Part shown: in pieces, positions 1-8,338 of the stretch
Layout of the letters: the number at the start of each line of letters is the position of its first letter
How positions within the stretch are numbered: position 1 is the stretch's first letter
Origin: an uncultured Bacteroidales bacterium
Lineage (GTDB): Bacteria; Hydrothermota; 32-111
Reading direction: 5' to 3'
DNA length: 64,000 nt
NCBI GenBank assembly: GCA_964544145.1
Contig: CAZJAT010000005.1
Location: forward strand, 19,882 to 83,881
Translations under genes and position numbers: made by a program
Notes under the pieces: model-generated
What the model saw: the letters and a program-made list of their open reading frames with translations, nothing else
Told to the model about the DNA's origin: nothing
Databases searched by the model: none

Positions 1-119
1 CTATGGAATATGCCGGAGGATTTGAAATTAAATTCAATAAATTCTCACTGGATTATACTTATTCTGCAACACAATATTTAAATGGTATGCATCTTGTGCA
101 ACTTAATTATAATTTCTGA
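1..119 (+). CDS. 3' end of an upstream gene, 5'-truncated by the window. The encoded C-terminus (...FSLDYTYSATQYLNGMHLVQLNYNF*) has alternating aromatic/hydrophobic beta-strand pattern and a terminal Phe, typical of an outer-membrane beta-barrel.
   Basis: Open frame from window edge to TGA at 117-119. C-terminal aromatic residue and strand-like periodicity. Confidence 0.3.
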   Translation, partial: MEYAGGFEIKFNKFSLDYTYSATQYLNGMHLVQLNYNF

Positions 120-127
120 GGTTTATT

Positions 128-2548
128 ATGAAAAGAATAATGTTGATTATCTTTACAATGATTCTTCTTCTGCAGATTTCAGCAGAAAAGATTGATATCA
201 ACAATACCAGTTTATCAGCTTTAGACACATTAATGATCCCTGATGATGTAATAAACGGAATCAAGGAATATATTGAGGAATACGGTGAGATTCAGAGTGT
301 CTATGAATTAAAAAACATAGAGGGTATTGATGATGAAACATTCGAAATACTGAAATTGAAACTGGCAATTTATCCCGATACTGCAGTTGACAGAACATCA
401 ATCTATATTATAAGACTGCAAGACAGATTGGCATCTGAGGAATCTCCAACACAGGGTGCAATTGATATATGGGAAAATATGCTTACACATAGAATGAATA
501 TTAATTCAGTTACTATGAATGAATTACTTCAGATACAGGGAGTAAATATAACAGATGCAGTTGCTATAATGAAAACCAGAAACTCTTTGGGTGATTTCAC
601 TTATGATACACAGATAAGAAGGTCGCCCGGCTTGACTTATTATGCATGGTCACAATTGAGAAATTATATTACATATGAAGAGCCTTCCTCAGATTGGGAA
701 TTCTCAGGTTATGTGAGAAGTAATATGAATTTCACAAATGATGACACTTATAATTACACATCATATACAGGATTGAAGTATTTGCTTTCAGCAGCAGCAT
801 ATCAATTATCTGTTTCAGCACCCGATTCTACCAATATTAGGGATCTCCTTCTTGATGCCGGTGTGAGCAGTGAAGATGTTGAGACAATGCGTGAAGATAT
901 GTTAAGTCAATATGAACAATTGGATAATTATGAAATGGATGGTGATTTTTCCAACAAATTCAGATTGAATTTCGGTAAATATATCAATGCCGGAGGTGTT
1001 ATTGATAAAAACGCAGGTATTGAGGAACTTCAATATAAGGGTTATGTAAATTTTACTAACCTGGGTTTTATTGATAATATTTATTTGGGAAATTACAGGG
1101 TATCAATTGGTCAAGGACTTGTGATGGATAACACAGATGAATACAGAGCAAGACGGTTTGATATAATAAAAGGTTTATTCCCCGATGTGACATCAACGGA
1201 GGGAAACAAATTGACCGGTATGGCTATTGACGGCAATATAGACAGATTCAATTATCTTTTCTTCGGTTCACAGGAAAAAAGAAATGCTGTTTTGAATTCT
1301 GACGGTACAGTCAATATGCTTATCCTGAATAATACAATATTTTCTGAATTCAAAGATAAGCTGGAAGAGAGAATGTTCGGCGGAAGATTTGCTTTTGATC
1401 TTGGAGGACTGGGTTTCCTGCCTCTATCTACACAGATTGGAGTTAGCGGTTTTCGTTCAGCATACAGCAGAACATTCATGATTGACACACTGATGATTGA
1501 TATACCGTTTGATAAAGACAATATAAGCACACCTGTATATACCCAGTCATTCACAGGGAATACAAGGGATGTTATAGGCATTGATTTCAGAACAGATTTC
1601 AAGAATATCTCATTTGAAGGAGAGGCATCAAAACAGGATGATGCTTATGCATATGTTGTCCGCAGTGACCTGATATTTGCAAATTTCTATTTGAAGACGA
1701 TTTTCAGGCATTATGATGCGGGTTATGATAATCCATATGCCAGGCCTTTATCAGAGCAGAGCAGATTTGATGATACTACATTTGAGAAGGAATACAGGTT
1801 GCTTAATCCTCTATTCTCTATGATTGTGGATGACCCGAGACCAAAACCTGAAGAGGGGATATATTTTGAAACAAGATTCAGAATAACAGATAAATTCACA
1901 ATAACAAAGGCATATCTTGATCTTTGGAAAACGCTTGATTACAATATGCATAATTACAGGTTTCAAGGAGAGCTTGAGTATAGACCGGTATTTCCAATCA
2001 GAATACGTCTAAAACAGAAGATTCAAGAAAAAAATCTTTATAAGGTTGTTCATTCAACTACATCTTTTACTTCTGAGACGACATTGAGGGTTTTTGCAAT
2101 ACTGTCCAATAATGACTATATTAATTTTGAAGCAAGGTATGGAAAGGTTGATTTGACAACCAATCAGGGGCTTGCGGATGATTATGTCATTGACGGTACT
2201 TATGTTAATGCATCATTCGAACACAGGATAACAGATTATTTTTCAGTGCTTGGAGGATTTGCGACTTGGAAAACCAATGGCATGAGTCAATGGATTTTCG
2301 AAGATACTGGTATTGATTTCCTCTATGGAGACGGGCAGAAATATTATATTACAATGATAGACCGTATTTCCGAAAATGTTTCCATGAGAGCAAAAGCATC
2401 GATGAATTATCAGGATATCCCGTTTTTTGGGATATATAATCCTAATTCTACATTTAGATATGAAAACGGTGATTTTATTTATATAAGAGATTTTGCTGAA
2501 TACAGCCAGTTATTTAATTTGTCTGTCCAGCTTGATATAAGATGGTAG
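128..2548 (+). CDS. Secreted/outer-membrane protein: signal peptide, two tandem ComEA-type helix-hairpin-helix DNA-binding modules, then a ~630-aa beta-rich C-terminal domain ending in Trp (probable OM beta-barrel).
   Basis: N-terminus MKRIMLIIFTMILLLQISAEK looks like a signal peptide. Residues ~25-80 (INNTSLSALDTL...INGIKEYIEEYGEIQSVYELKNIEGIDDETFEILK) and ~120-170 (NINSVTMNELLQIQGVNITDAVAIMKTRNSLGDF...SPGL) each match the ComEA (HhH)2 pattern NINTAT..EL..I.GVG...A.AI..YR...G.F....L..V.GIG. The rest is rich in alternating aromatic residues and ends ...LDIRW. Confidence 0.5.
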   Translation: MKRIMLIIFTMILLLQISAEKIDINNTSLSALDTLMIPDDVINGIKEYIEEYGEIQSVYELKNIEGIDDETFEILKLKLAIYPDTAVDRTSIYIIRLQDRLASEESPTQGAIDIWENMLTHRMNINSVTMNELLQIQGVNITDAVAIMKTRNSLGDFTYDTQIRRSPGLTYYAWSQLRNYITYEEPSSDWEFSGYVRSNMNFTNDDTYNYTSYTGLKYLLSAAAYQLSVSAPDSTNIRDLLLDAGVSSEDVETMREDMLSQYEQLDNYEMDGDFSNKFRLNFGKYINAGGVIDKNAGIEELQYKGYVNFTNLGFIDNIYLGNYRVSIGQGLVMDNTDEYRARRFDIIKGLFPDVTSTEGNKLTGMAIDGNIDRFNYLFFGSQEKRNAVLNSDGTVNMLILNNTIFSEFKDKLEERMFGGRFAFDLGGLGFLPLSTQIGVSGFRSAYSRTFMIDTLMIDIPFDKDNISTPVYTQSFTGNTRDVIGIDFRTDFKNISFEGEASKQDDAYAYVVRSDLIFANFYLKTIFRHYDAGYDNPYARPLSEQSRFDDTTFEKEYRLLNPLFSMIVDDPRPKPEEGIYFETRFRITDKFTITKAYLDLWKTLDYNMHNYRFQGELEYRPVFPIRIRLKQKIQEKNLYKVVHSTTSFTSETTLRVFAILSNNDYINFEARYGKVDLTTNQGLADDYVIDGTYVNASFEHRITDYFSVLGGFATWKTNGMSQWIFEDTGIDFLYGDGQKYYITMIDRISENVSMRAKASMNYQDIPFFGIYNPNSTFRYENGDFIYIRDFAEYSQLFNLSVQLDIRW

Positions 2549-3717
2549 GAGGAAAAATGAAAAAATTAATATTATCAATAGCACTTATTAGTGTCTCTTT
2601 GTTCGCTTTCAGTTATGGACTTATCAATACAGAAGAAATTACAGGAGACATTGTTGCGCCTCTTTCTGCTTTTTCAGGCGGAGCAGGCAATGTGGTATTC
2701 ATCAGTGACCCTGTGATGAATCCTGCTTTAAGAAAAACTGGTGAAAGTTATTTCATACAGCTGGGTTTTGGAGGTTCACAATTAAGGGAAACAAGAACAC
2801 AGTATGTATTTGATTCATATGACAACAATATAGGCGAAAAGACCATATATGAAAACAGTTATTTTTATGGTGAACCCTATCTGATGGCAGCTTATATTCC
2901 GCTGGCATCATTTGGTGTTTATCTTGGTTATGAAAATCTGTATTCAAAGGATTACAATTATGATAAAATATACAGGGATGATTATTATGTCACACTATTC
3001 TCCGAGAATTACCAAATGGCAGGAAATGTAAATGCATATTTTTTGTCAGTATCATATAAATGGAATGGTCTCACAATTGGGGGAAATTTTTCAATAATGC
3101 AGGGTGATGCAACGACATCGTATTCCATTGTATATGTTGACCCCTCTTATGTGGATTCAACAATGAATGTTGTAGATCAATATTCCGGTTTGAAGGGAGG
3201 ATTTGCATTGTCATATGAATATGATGATTATGCAGCAACTGTGTTCTATCATATTCCCACAATATTAACGGATGAACGTTCTATCGATATTATTGCATCT
3301 GACACAACATTCGCAGCCAGCGAGCTGGATGGATTCTTGCCCACTGTTTTTGGAGGCGGGTTCACATACACTCCATCAAATATCAGGCCTGTCACTCTGA
3401 TGCTTGAAGCAATCTACGAAAGGTGGAGCGAATTAAATGGTGCATTTGCAGAGTATAATGATGTAATCAAATATCACCTTGGAATTAAACATAAGATGAG
3501 AAAAGATTTCTCAATGTTATATGGGATTCTTTATGAACCATATAGAAAAAATAATCACATTGCAGATGTAGGGTTCACTTTAGGTGCAGGTTATGAAATC
3601 AATAATATTGAATTCATGCTGTCTTCTCAATATGTGCAGAATCAATATGTTGATTCAGGCATTAATTATACGAATAGATATATCAAACTGAATGCTGATG
3701 TTGGAATAACATTTTAA
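2542..3717 (+). CDS. Outer-membrane beta-barrel protein with signal peptide, FadL/TodX/PorV-like (NPA-containing N-terminal motif). Translationally coupled to the upstream gene by a 7-nt overlap.
   Basis: Signal peptide MKKLILSIALISVSLFAFS; motif SGGAGNVVFISDPVMNPAL resembles the FadL/PorV N-terminal signature; aromatic-rich strands; C-terminal ...VGITF. Confidence 0.4.
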   Translation: MVGGKMKKLILSIALISVSLFAFSYGLINTEEITGDIVAPLSAFSGGAGNVVFISDPVMNPALRKTGESYFIQLGFGGSQLRETRTQYVFDSYDNNIGEKTIYENSYFYGEPYLMAAYIPLASFGVYLGYENLYSKDYNYDKIYRDDYYVTLFSENYQMAGNVNAYFLSVSYKWNGLTIGGNFSIMQGDATTSYSIVYVDPSYVDSTMNVVDQYSGLKGGFALSYEYDDYAATVFYHIPTILTDERSIDIIASDTTFAASELDGFLPTVFGGGFTYTPSNIRPVTLMLEAIYERWSELNGAFAEYNDVIKYHLGIKHKMRKDFSMLYGILYEPYRKNNHIADVGFTLGAGYEINNIEFMLSSQYVQNQYVDSGINYTNRYIKLNADVGITF

Positions 3718-3728
3718 TAGGAAATAAT

Positions 3729-4307
3729 ATGAAAAGAATTTTATTAATTTTCGCAGTTCTTCTAATATGCATGTCTGTTACGGCTGATGATATTATTCCC
3801 TTTTACAATGATTGTGAAGGGGTTGCAGTTATCAATAAGAGAGATTATGTACCCAATGTAATCCAGCTGTTTGATAATGCTGAGAAAACAATTCATGCAG
3901 TAATATACCAGACAAGATATTATGAGGGATATCCTGACGGAACAAATCGTCAAATGTATAAAGCTATGTTCAGGGCTGTCGAACGAGGTGTCGAGGTCAG
4001 TGTCATTGCAGATCAATCATCATGGAATACATCTTCAACCCTTAAAAATGAGGAATTTGGTAAATTTATGGAAGAGAATGGGGTTAATGTATTCTATGAA
4101 CCGGCTGATAAAACAACACATTCAAAAATAATCATTGTGGATTCCCTATACACTGTTGTGGGATCCACCAATTGGTCATTTTATGCTTTGGAGAAAAATG
4201 ATGAGAGTGCAGTGATTGTCAAATCTGCTTTATTGGCATCAGATTATGAGGACTTCTTTTATAATTTGCTGGAATTTTCAACCGAAGAATTGACAATTCT
4301 GCAATAA
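3729..4307 (+). CDS. Secreted phospholipase D-superfamily protein with a single HKD motif (Nuc-endonuclease-like PLD domain).
   Basis: Signal peptide MKRILLIFAVLLICMSVTA. Perfect HxK(x)4D(x)6GSxN motif: HSKIIIVDSLYTVVGSTN. Size (192 aa) matches Nuc-type single-HKD proteins that dimerise to form one active site. Confidence 0.75.
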   Translation: MKRILLIFAVLLICMSVTADDIIPFYNDCEGVAVINKRDYVPNVIQLFDNAEKTIHAVIYQTRYYEGYPDGTNRQMYKAMFRAVERGVEVSVIADQSSWNTSSTLKNEEFGKFMEENGVNVFYEPADKTTHSKIIIVDSLYTVVGSTNWSFYALEKNDESAVIVKSALLASDYEDFFYNLLEFSTEELTILQ

Positions 4308-4316
4308 GGAGCAAAT

Positions 4317-4907
4317 ATGAAATATTTATTCTCAATAATCATTATTACATGTATGGCCGCATTTATTTCTGCAGAAAATACTGTTAATGAGAAAGGTTTG
4401 GAATATTATAAAGTAGAAGGTGTTTATCCTGTAAATAACAGGGATTATGCACCCAATATGATAAAACTTTTCAATAGTGCACAAAGCACAATACATATTT
4501 TTATGTTAGAAGGCGGTTATTATCCGAATTATCCCACAGGAGTTAACAGACAGCTATACACAGCATTGTTTGATGCTGTAGCGAGGGGGGTTGATGTTAA
4601 GATTATTCTTGATCAGGCAGGATATAATCCGGGTCAGTCAATGAGGAATCTTGAATTAGGGGAATTCCTCCGTTCCGGGGGGGTTGATGTGTATTATGAC
4701 AGCCCTGAGACGACTGTACACAGCAAGACATTAATAATTGACTCTATTTACACTATTGTAGGTTCAACAAATTGGTCTTACTGGGCACTGGATAAAAATA
4801 ATGAATGTTCAGTGATTGTCAAGTCAGCAGATGTGGCATATGAATATGAAAAATATTTCGCTGACATTATGAAAGAATCTCATTCTAAAATGACTGTCAT
4901 CGAATAG
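4317..4907 (+). CDS. Secreted phospholipase D-superfamily protein with a single HKD motif; paralog of the preceding gene (~50% identical by eye).
   Basis: Signal peptide MKYLFSIIIITCMAAFISA. HKD motif HSKTLIIDSIYTIVGSTN. Collinear similarity with the 3729-4307 product (NRDY.PN.I.LF..A..TIH...YYP.YP.G.NRQ.Y.A.F.AV.RGV.V..I.DQ). Confidence 0.75.
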   Translation: MKYLFSIIIITCMAAFISAENTVNEKGLEYYKVEGVYPVNNRDYAPNMIKLFNSAQSTIHIFMLEGGYYPNYPTGVNRQLYTALFDAVARGVDVKIILDQAGYNPGQSMRNLELGEFLRSGGVDVYYDSPETTVHSKTLIIDSIYTIVGSTNWSYWALDKNNECSVIVKSADVAYEYEKYFADIMKESHSKMTVIE

Positions 4908-4916
4908 GAGGCATAG

Positions 4917-5840
4917 ATGAAAAAAACAATAATCGGGTTTATTATAATAATTATTGCAATGCCTCTGATTTCACTTGACCTTATTTTACTCCATACAAAT
5001 GATATTAGAGATGTTTTTCAGGCAAGAGGCGCCACATTTATTAATCCTGATTTCCCGCCCATGTTGGGAGGTGTCTATTCCTTTGCGACTGCTGTGAAAT
5101 GGGAACAGGAAGATGCCGAAAAAGCCGGAAACATAATACTGCTTATGGATTCAGGTAATTTCACTGTGAAACATATTGAAGAGGATTCTATCACAATGGA
5201 CAAATCGGTAGATATCTTTAATTATCTTCATTATGATTGTGTCAATCTCGGTATTGATGAAATATCATCAGGATTTCACTTTATTGAAAAAAATATGAAT
5301 CGTTTCGAAATGCCTCTGCTTCTATCAAATATTAAACCAAAAGATAAAAATGTGCAGTTAAATACAAGGGACTATGTTATATTCAATGAAAAAGGTGTAA
5401 GAATAGGTGTTTTCGGTTTAACAACGGAATATGCGGTATTTGATTTACGAAGACATATTCTAAAAACTGTAGACATTGAACGTGAAATTCAGAAAGCAAA
5501 AATTCTTGTAAATGAATTGAAGGCTAACAGATGTGATGTCATTATCGGGCTTACGTCAATTGGTTTTGAACATGATATGAAATTGGCAGATGAAGTGCCT
5601 GGTATTGATGTGATACTATGCGGTTATGAAGGAAGAGGTATGAGAAATGCTATTGAAAGTCCCTTGAATCACACTATAATATTCAGGGGATATGGAGAAT
5701 TATCTTCGTATGATAAAATTGTTCTTGAACTTGATGAGATAAATAATATTTCCGGATATAAAGCGGAATCAGTTACAATCTTTGAGGAAGCATTTCCTTC
5801 TGATCCGGGAATGGAAGAAATTATGAGCAAATACGAGTAA
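4917..5840 (+). CDS. Membrane-anchored/secreted homolog of the 5'-nucleotidase (UshA/CpdB) N-terminal metallophosphatase domain. Most metal-ligand His/Asn are substituted and the C-terminal substrate-binding domain is absent, so this is a probable pseudo-enzyme.
   Basis: Collinear blocks with UshA: LILLHTND (cf. LTILHTNDHHG, HHG missing), IILLMDSGNF (cf. LLLSGGD), LGIDEIS (cf. IGNHEFD), MPLLLSNI (cf. FPLLSANI), RIGVFGLTTEY (cf. KIAVIGLTTDD), DVIIGLTSIGF (cf. DIIIAATHMGH), VILCGYEG (cf. MIVGGHSQ). N-terminal hydrophobic segment. Confidence 0.55.
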   Translation: MKKTIIGFIIIIIAMPLISLDLILLHTNDIRDVFQARGATFINPDFPPMLGGVYSFATAVKWEQEDAEKAGNIILLMDSGNFTVKHIEEDSITMDKSVDIFNYLHYDCVNLGIDEISSGFHFIEKNMNRFEMPLLLSNIKPKDKNVQLNTRDYVIFNEKGVRIGVFGLTTEYAVFDLRRHILKTVDIEREIQKAKILVNELKANRCDVIIGLTSIGFEHDMKLADEVPGIDVILCGYEGRGMRNAIESPLNHTIIFRGYGELSSYDKIVLELDEINNISGYKAESVTIFEEAFPSDPGMEEIMSKYE

Positions 5841-5855
5841 GCACTAGGAGGTCTT

Positions 5856-7352
5856 ATGGCAGAAAAAGTAAAAAATTATATTGACGGTCAATGGGTTGAT
5901 GCGAAAAGCGGAGAGACATTTGAAACAAGGATACCTGCAAAATGGGATGAAGTCCTTGCCATTGTATCCAAATCAGGAAAGGAAGATACTGATGAGGCAG
6001 TGAAAGCTGCAAAAAAGGCATTTAAAAAATGGAGCAAATTACCTGTTGCAAAGAGAGGAGAACTCTTAGGCAGAGTTGGTGATTTAATGGTGAAAAAGAA
6101 AGAGGAACTTGCTCAGCTTATGGCAAAGGAAATGGGAAAGGTTATTGCAGAAGCAAGAGGTGATGTACAGGAAGGTATTGATACCGCCTATTATGCATTT
6201 GGAGAGGGCAGACGTTTTTTCGGTAAAACATCTCCTTCAGAACTGCCCAATAAGGTAAATATCACATTTCTCAGACCTGTCGGTGTTGCGGGCCTAATTT
6301 GTCCTTGGAATTTCCCCATTGCAATACCTACATGGAAGATGTTCCCGGCTTTGCTTTCAGGCAATACTATTGTAATAAAACCAGCCAGTGATACACCTAT
6401 GTTAGTGGCAAAATTGTTCGAAATAATGATAGAGGCCGGTTTCCCGCAGGGTGTTATTAATATGGTAAATGGTCCGGGTTCAGCAGTAGGCAATGCTCTT
6501 CTTGAGAATACTGATGTCGGTGTCATATCATTCACCGGATCATCCGCTGTAGGCAAGCATATTGCTTCAGTGGGGGGCAAAAGTCTTAAAAAGGTATCAT
6601 TAGAATTAGGCGGAAAGAATGGCCAGATTGTTATGGATGATGCTGACATTGAACTGGCTGTTGATGGTGCTCTTTTTGGTGCATTCGGAACAGCAGGTCA
6701 GCGATGTACAGCTACCTCAAGAATAATAATTCATGAGGATGTTCATGATGAGTTTGTTCAGAAACTCAAAGATAGAGCTGAGAAAATGAAAATCGGAATG
6801 CCGTGGAAAGCTGAAACAGATATCGGTCCGGTCATCAATGAAGCAGCTTTGAATAAAATTCATTCATACACTGAAATTGGCAAGAATGAAGGGGCAACAC
6901 TTGTAACAGGAGGAGAACCTTATACTGAAGGTGAATGTGCCAATGGATGGTTTTACAGACCTACAATATTTACAGGTGTGAAACCCGGCTCACGATTAGA
7001 GCAGGAAGAGATATTCGGTCCCATTTTGTCGATTATCAAAGTTAAATCATTTGATGAGGCAATTGACGTTATAAATGATGTTGAATATGGTCTTTCATCA
7101 TCAATTTACACAAGAGATATAAATAAAGGCATGAAAGCTGTTGAGGATATTGATGCGGGTATTACCTATATCAATGGTCCCACTATTGGTGCAGAGTGCC
7201 ATATGCCTTTCGGCGGCGTCAAAGCAACAGGTAATGGTCACAGAGAAGGCGGATGGACAGTTTATGAGATTTATACGGAACAAAAAACCGTTTATATTGA
7301 TTATTCAGGACATTTGCAGAAGGCACAGATAGATACATCAATTGAGAAATAA
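5856..7352 (+). CDS. NAD(P)-dependent aldehyde dehydrogenase family protein
   Basis: 498 aa; ALDH hallmarks ELGGKN, catalytic Cys in GQRCTA, EEIFGPIL, FTGSSAVGKHIA; SD AGGAGG upstream. Confidence 0.85.
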   Translation: MAEKVKNYIDGQWVDAKSGETFETRIPAKWDEVLAIVSKSGKEDTDEAVKAAKKAFKKWSKLPVAKRGELLGRVGDLMVKKKEELAQLMAKEMGKVIAEARGDVQEGIDTAYYAFGEGRRFFGKTSPSELPNKVNITFLRPVGVAGLICPWNFPIAIPTWKMFPALLSGNTIVIKPASDTPMLVAKLFEIMIEAGFPQGVINMVNGPGSAVGNALLENTDVGVISFTGSSAVGKHIASVGGKSLKKVSLELGGKNGQIVMDDADIELAVDGALFGAFGTAGQRCTATSRIIIHEDVHDEFVQKLKDRAEKMKIGMPWKAETDIGPVINEAALNKIHSYTEIGKNEGATLVTGGEPYTEGECANGWFYRPTIFTGVKPGSRLEQEEIFGPILSIIKVKSFDEAIDVINDVEYGLSSSIYTRDINKGMKAVEDIDAGITYINGPTIGAECHMPFGGVKATGNGHREGGWTVYEIYTEQKTVYIDYSGHLQKAQIDTSIEK

Positions 7353-7357
7353 TAAAT

Positions 7358-7382
7358 GGGGAAATTTAATTTCCCCTTTTTT
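7358..7382 (+). terminator. Rho-independent terminator after the aldehyde dehydrogenase gene
   Basis: GGGGAAATT-T-AATTTCCCC perfect 9-bp inverted repeat followed by TTTTTT, 5 nt after the stop codon. Confidence 0.7.
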
Positions 7383-7394
7383 CTGGAGTGAATT

Positions 7395-7874
7395 ATGAAA
7401 TTAAAGAATACAGTTCTTTTTTTACTTATAGTATTAATATTTACAGGATGTGAGATATTACCCTTTTTACCGACAGCAGATATTACATTGACATTCAATC
7501 CTAATCCTGCTTATGACCCGTATTATACGAGCACCTATGGATGGACTTGGGATGTAAATGTCCGTATAAGGGAAACAGAAAACATTAATATTACATTAGG
7601 TAATTATGGACCCGGCAATGCTGCATGCATCTCCAAATTCCTAACAGCTAATAATCAAGTGGTCAGCACAGATATTTTCTATGCAAATGACATTGAGGAA
7701 TTTTTTGGAACATTGGAGATTTCCGGAAATGCCAGTATATCACATGATGCGACATTCTCTTCATTTACCTATGATGAAGGCAAATTTGTTGAAACATATT
7801 ACGGTATTGATGAAAATGGTGTTATTGTATCATGCACCGATACATTGATACTCATCAATAATACAAAGAAATGA
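7395..7874 (+). CDS. Hypothetical lipoprotein (lipobox-like LIFTGC)
   Basis: N-terminal MKLKNTVLFLLIVLIFTGCE resembles a signal peptidase II site; no recognisable domain. Confidence 0.45.
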   Translation: MKLKNTVLFLLIVLIFTGCEILPFLPTADITLTFNPNPAYDPYYTSTYGWTWDVNVRIRETENINITLGNYGPGNAACISKFLTANNQVVSTDIFYANDIEEFFGTLEISGNASISHDATFSSFTYDEGKFVETYYGIDENGVIVSCTDTLILINNTKK

Positions 7875-8338
7875 AATGTCCTTTCTGCGGGTTTGAAGAA
7901 AACCGGGTAATTGATTCAAGAACAAGCAAGGATGGCCTTTCAGTAAGGCGTCGAAGGGAATGTGTGGAATGCAGCAGAAGATTTACTACATATGAATATA
8001 TTGAAAAATTTCCTGTATTTATTGTTAAAAGAGATGGAAGGAGAGAACCTTATAATAGAGAAAAGATTGTTGATGGGATAAATATTGCGTGTAAGAAAAG
8101 ACCAATATCATCTGAATCAATCAATGAAATTGTGGATAAAGTGGAAAAATATATTTTTTCTAATGAAAGCGGGGAAATTAAATCATCTGATATTGGTACT
8201 ATGATAATGCAGCTATTAAAAGAACTTGATGAGATTTCATATATCCGTTTTGCATCTGTTTACAGACAATTTAAGGATATGAAGGAATTTATGGATGAAT
8301 TGAGTAATCTCATAAACAACGGGAGAAAACATGATTAA
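7871..8338 (+). CDS. nrdR: Transcriptional repressor NrdR
   Basis: MKCPFCGFEENRVIDSRTSKDGLSVRRRRECVECSRRFTTYE: N-terminal zinc ribbon plus ATP-cone, ~155 aa; 4-nt overlap with upstream gene. Confidence 0.9.
   Translation: MKCPFCGFEENRVIDSRTSKDGLSVRRRRECVECSRRFTTYEYIEKFPVFIVKRDGRREPYNREKIVDGINIACKKRPISSESINEIVDKVEKYIFSNESGEIKSSDIGTMIMQLLKELDEISYIRFASVYRQFKDMKEFMDELSNLINNGRKHD

Noticed and set aside
6191-6649. Antisense or nested ORFs of 60-180 aa reported inside well-supported genes (e.g. 1252-1602-, 6191-6649-, 12467-13021-, 13921-14238-, 20103-20294+, 25202-26641-, 29600-29860-, 42622-43436+, 52769-53386+, 62053-62559-)
   Set aside because: Each is fully embedded in a CDS with strong family motifs on the other strand or frame, has low-complexity composition typical of antisense reading of AT-rich DNA, and lacks an SD sequence; treated as spurious.
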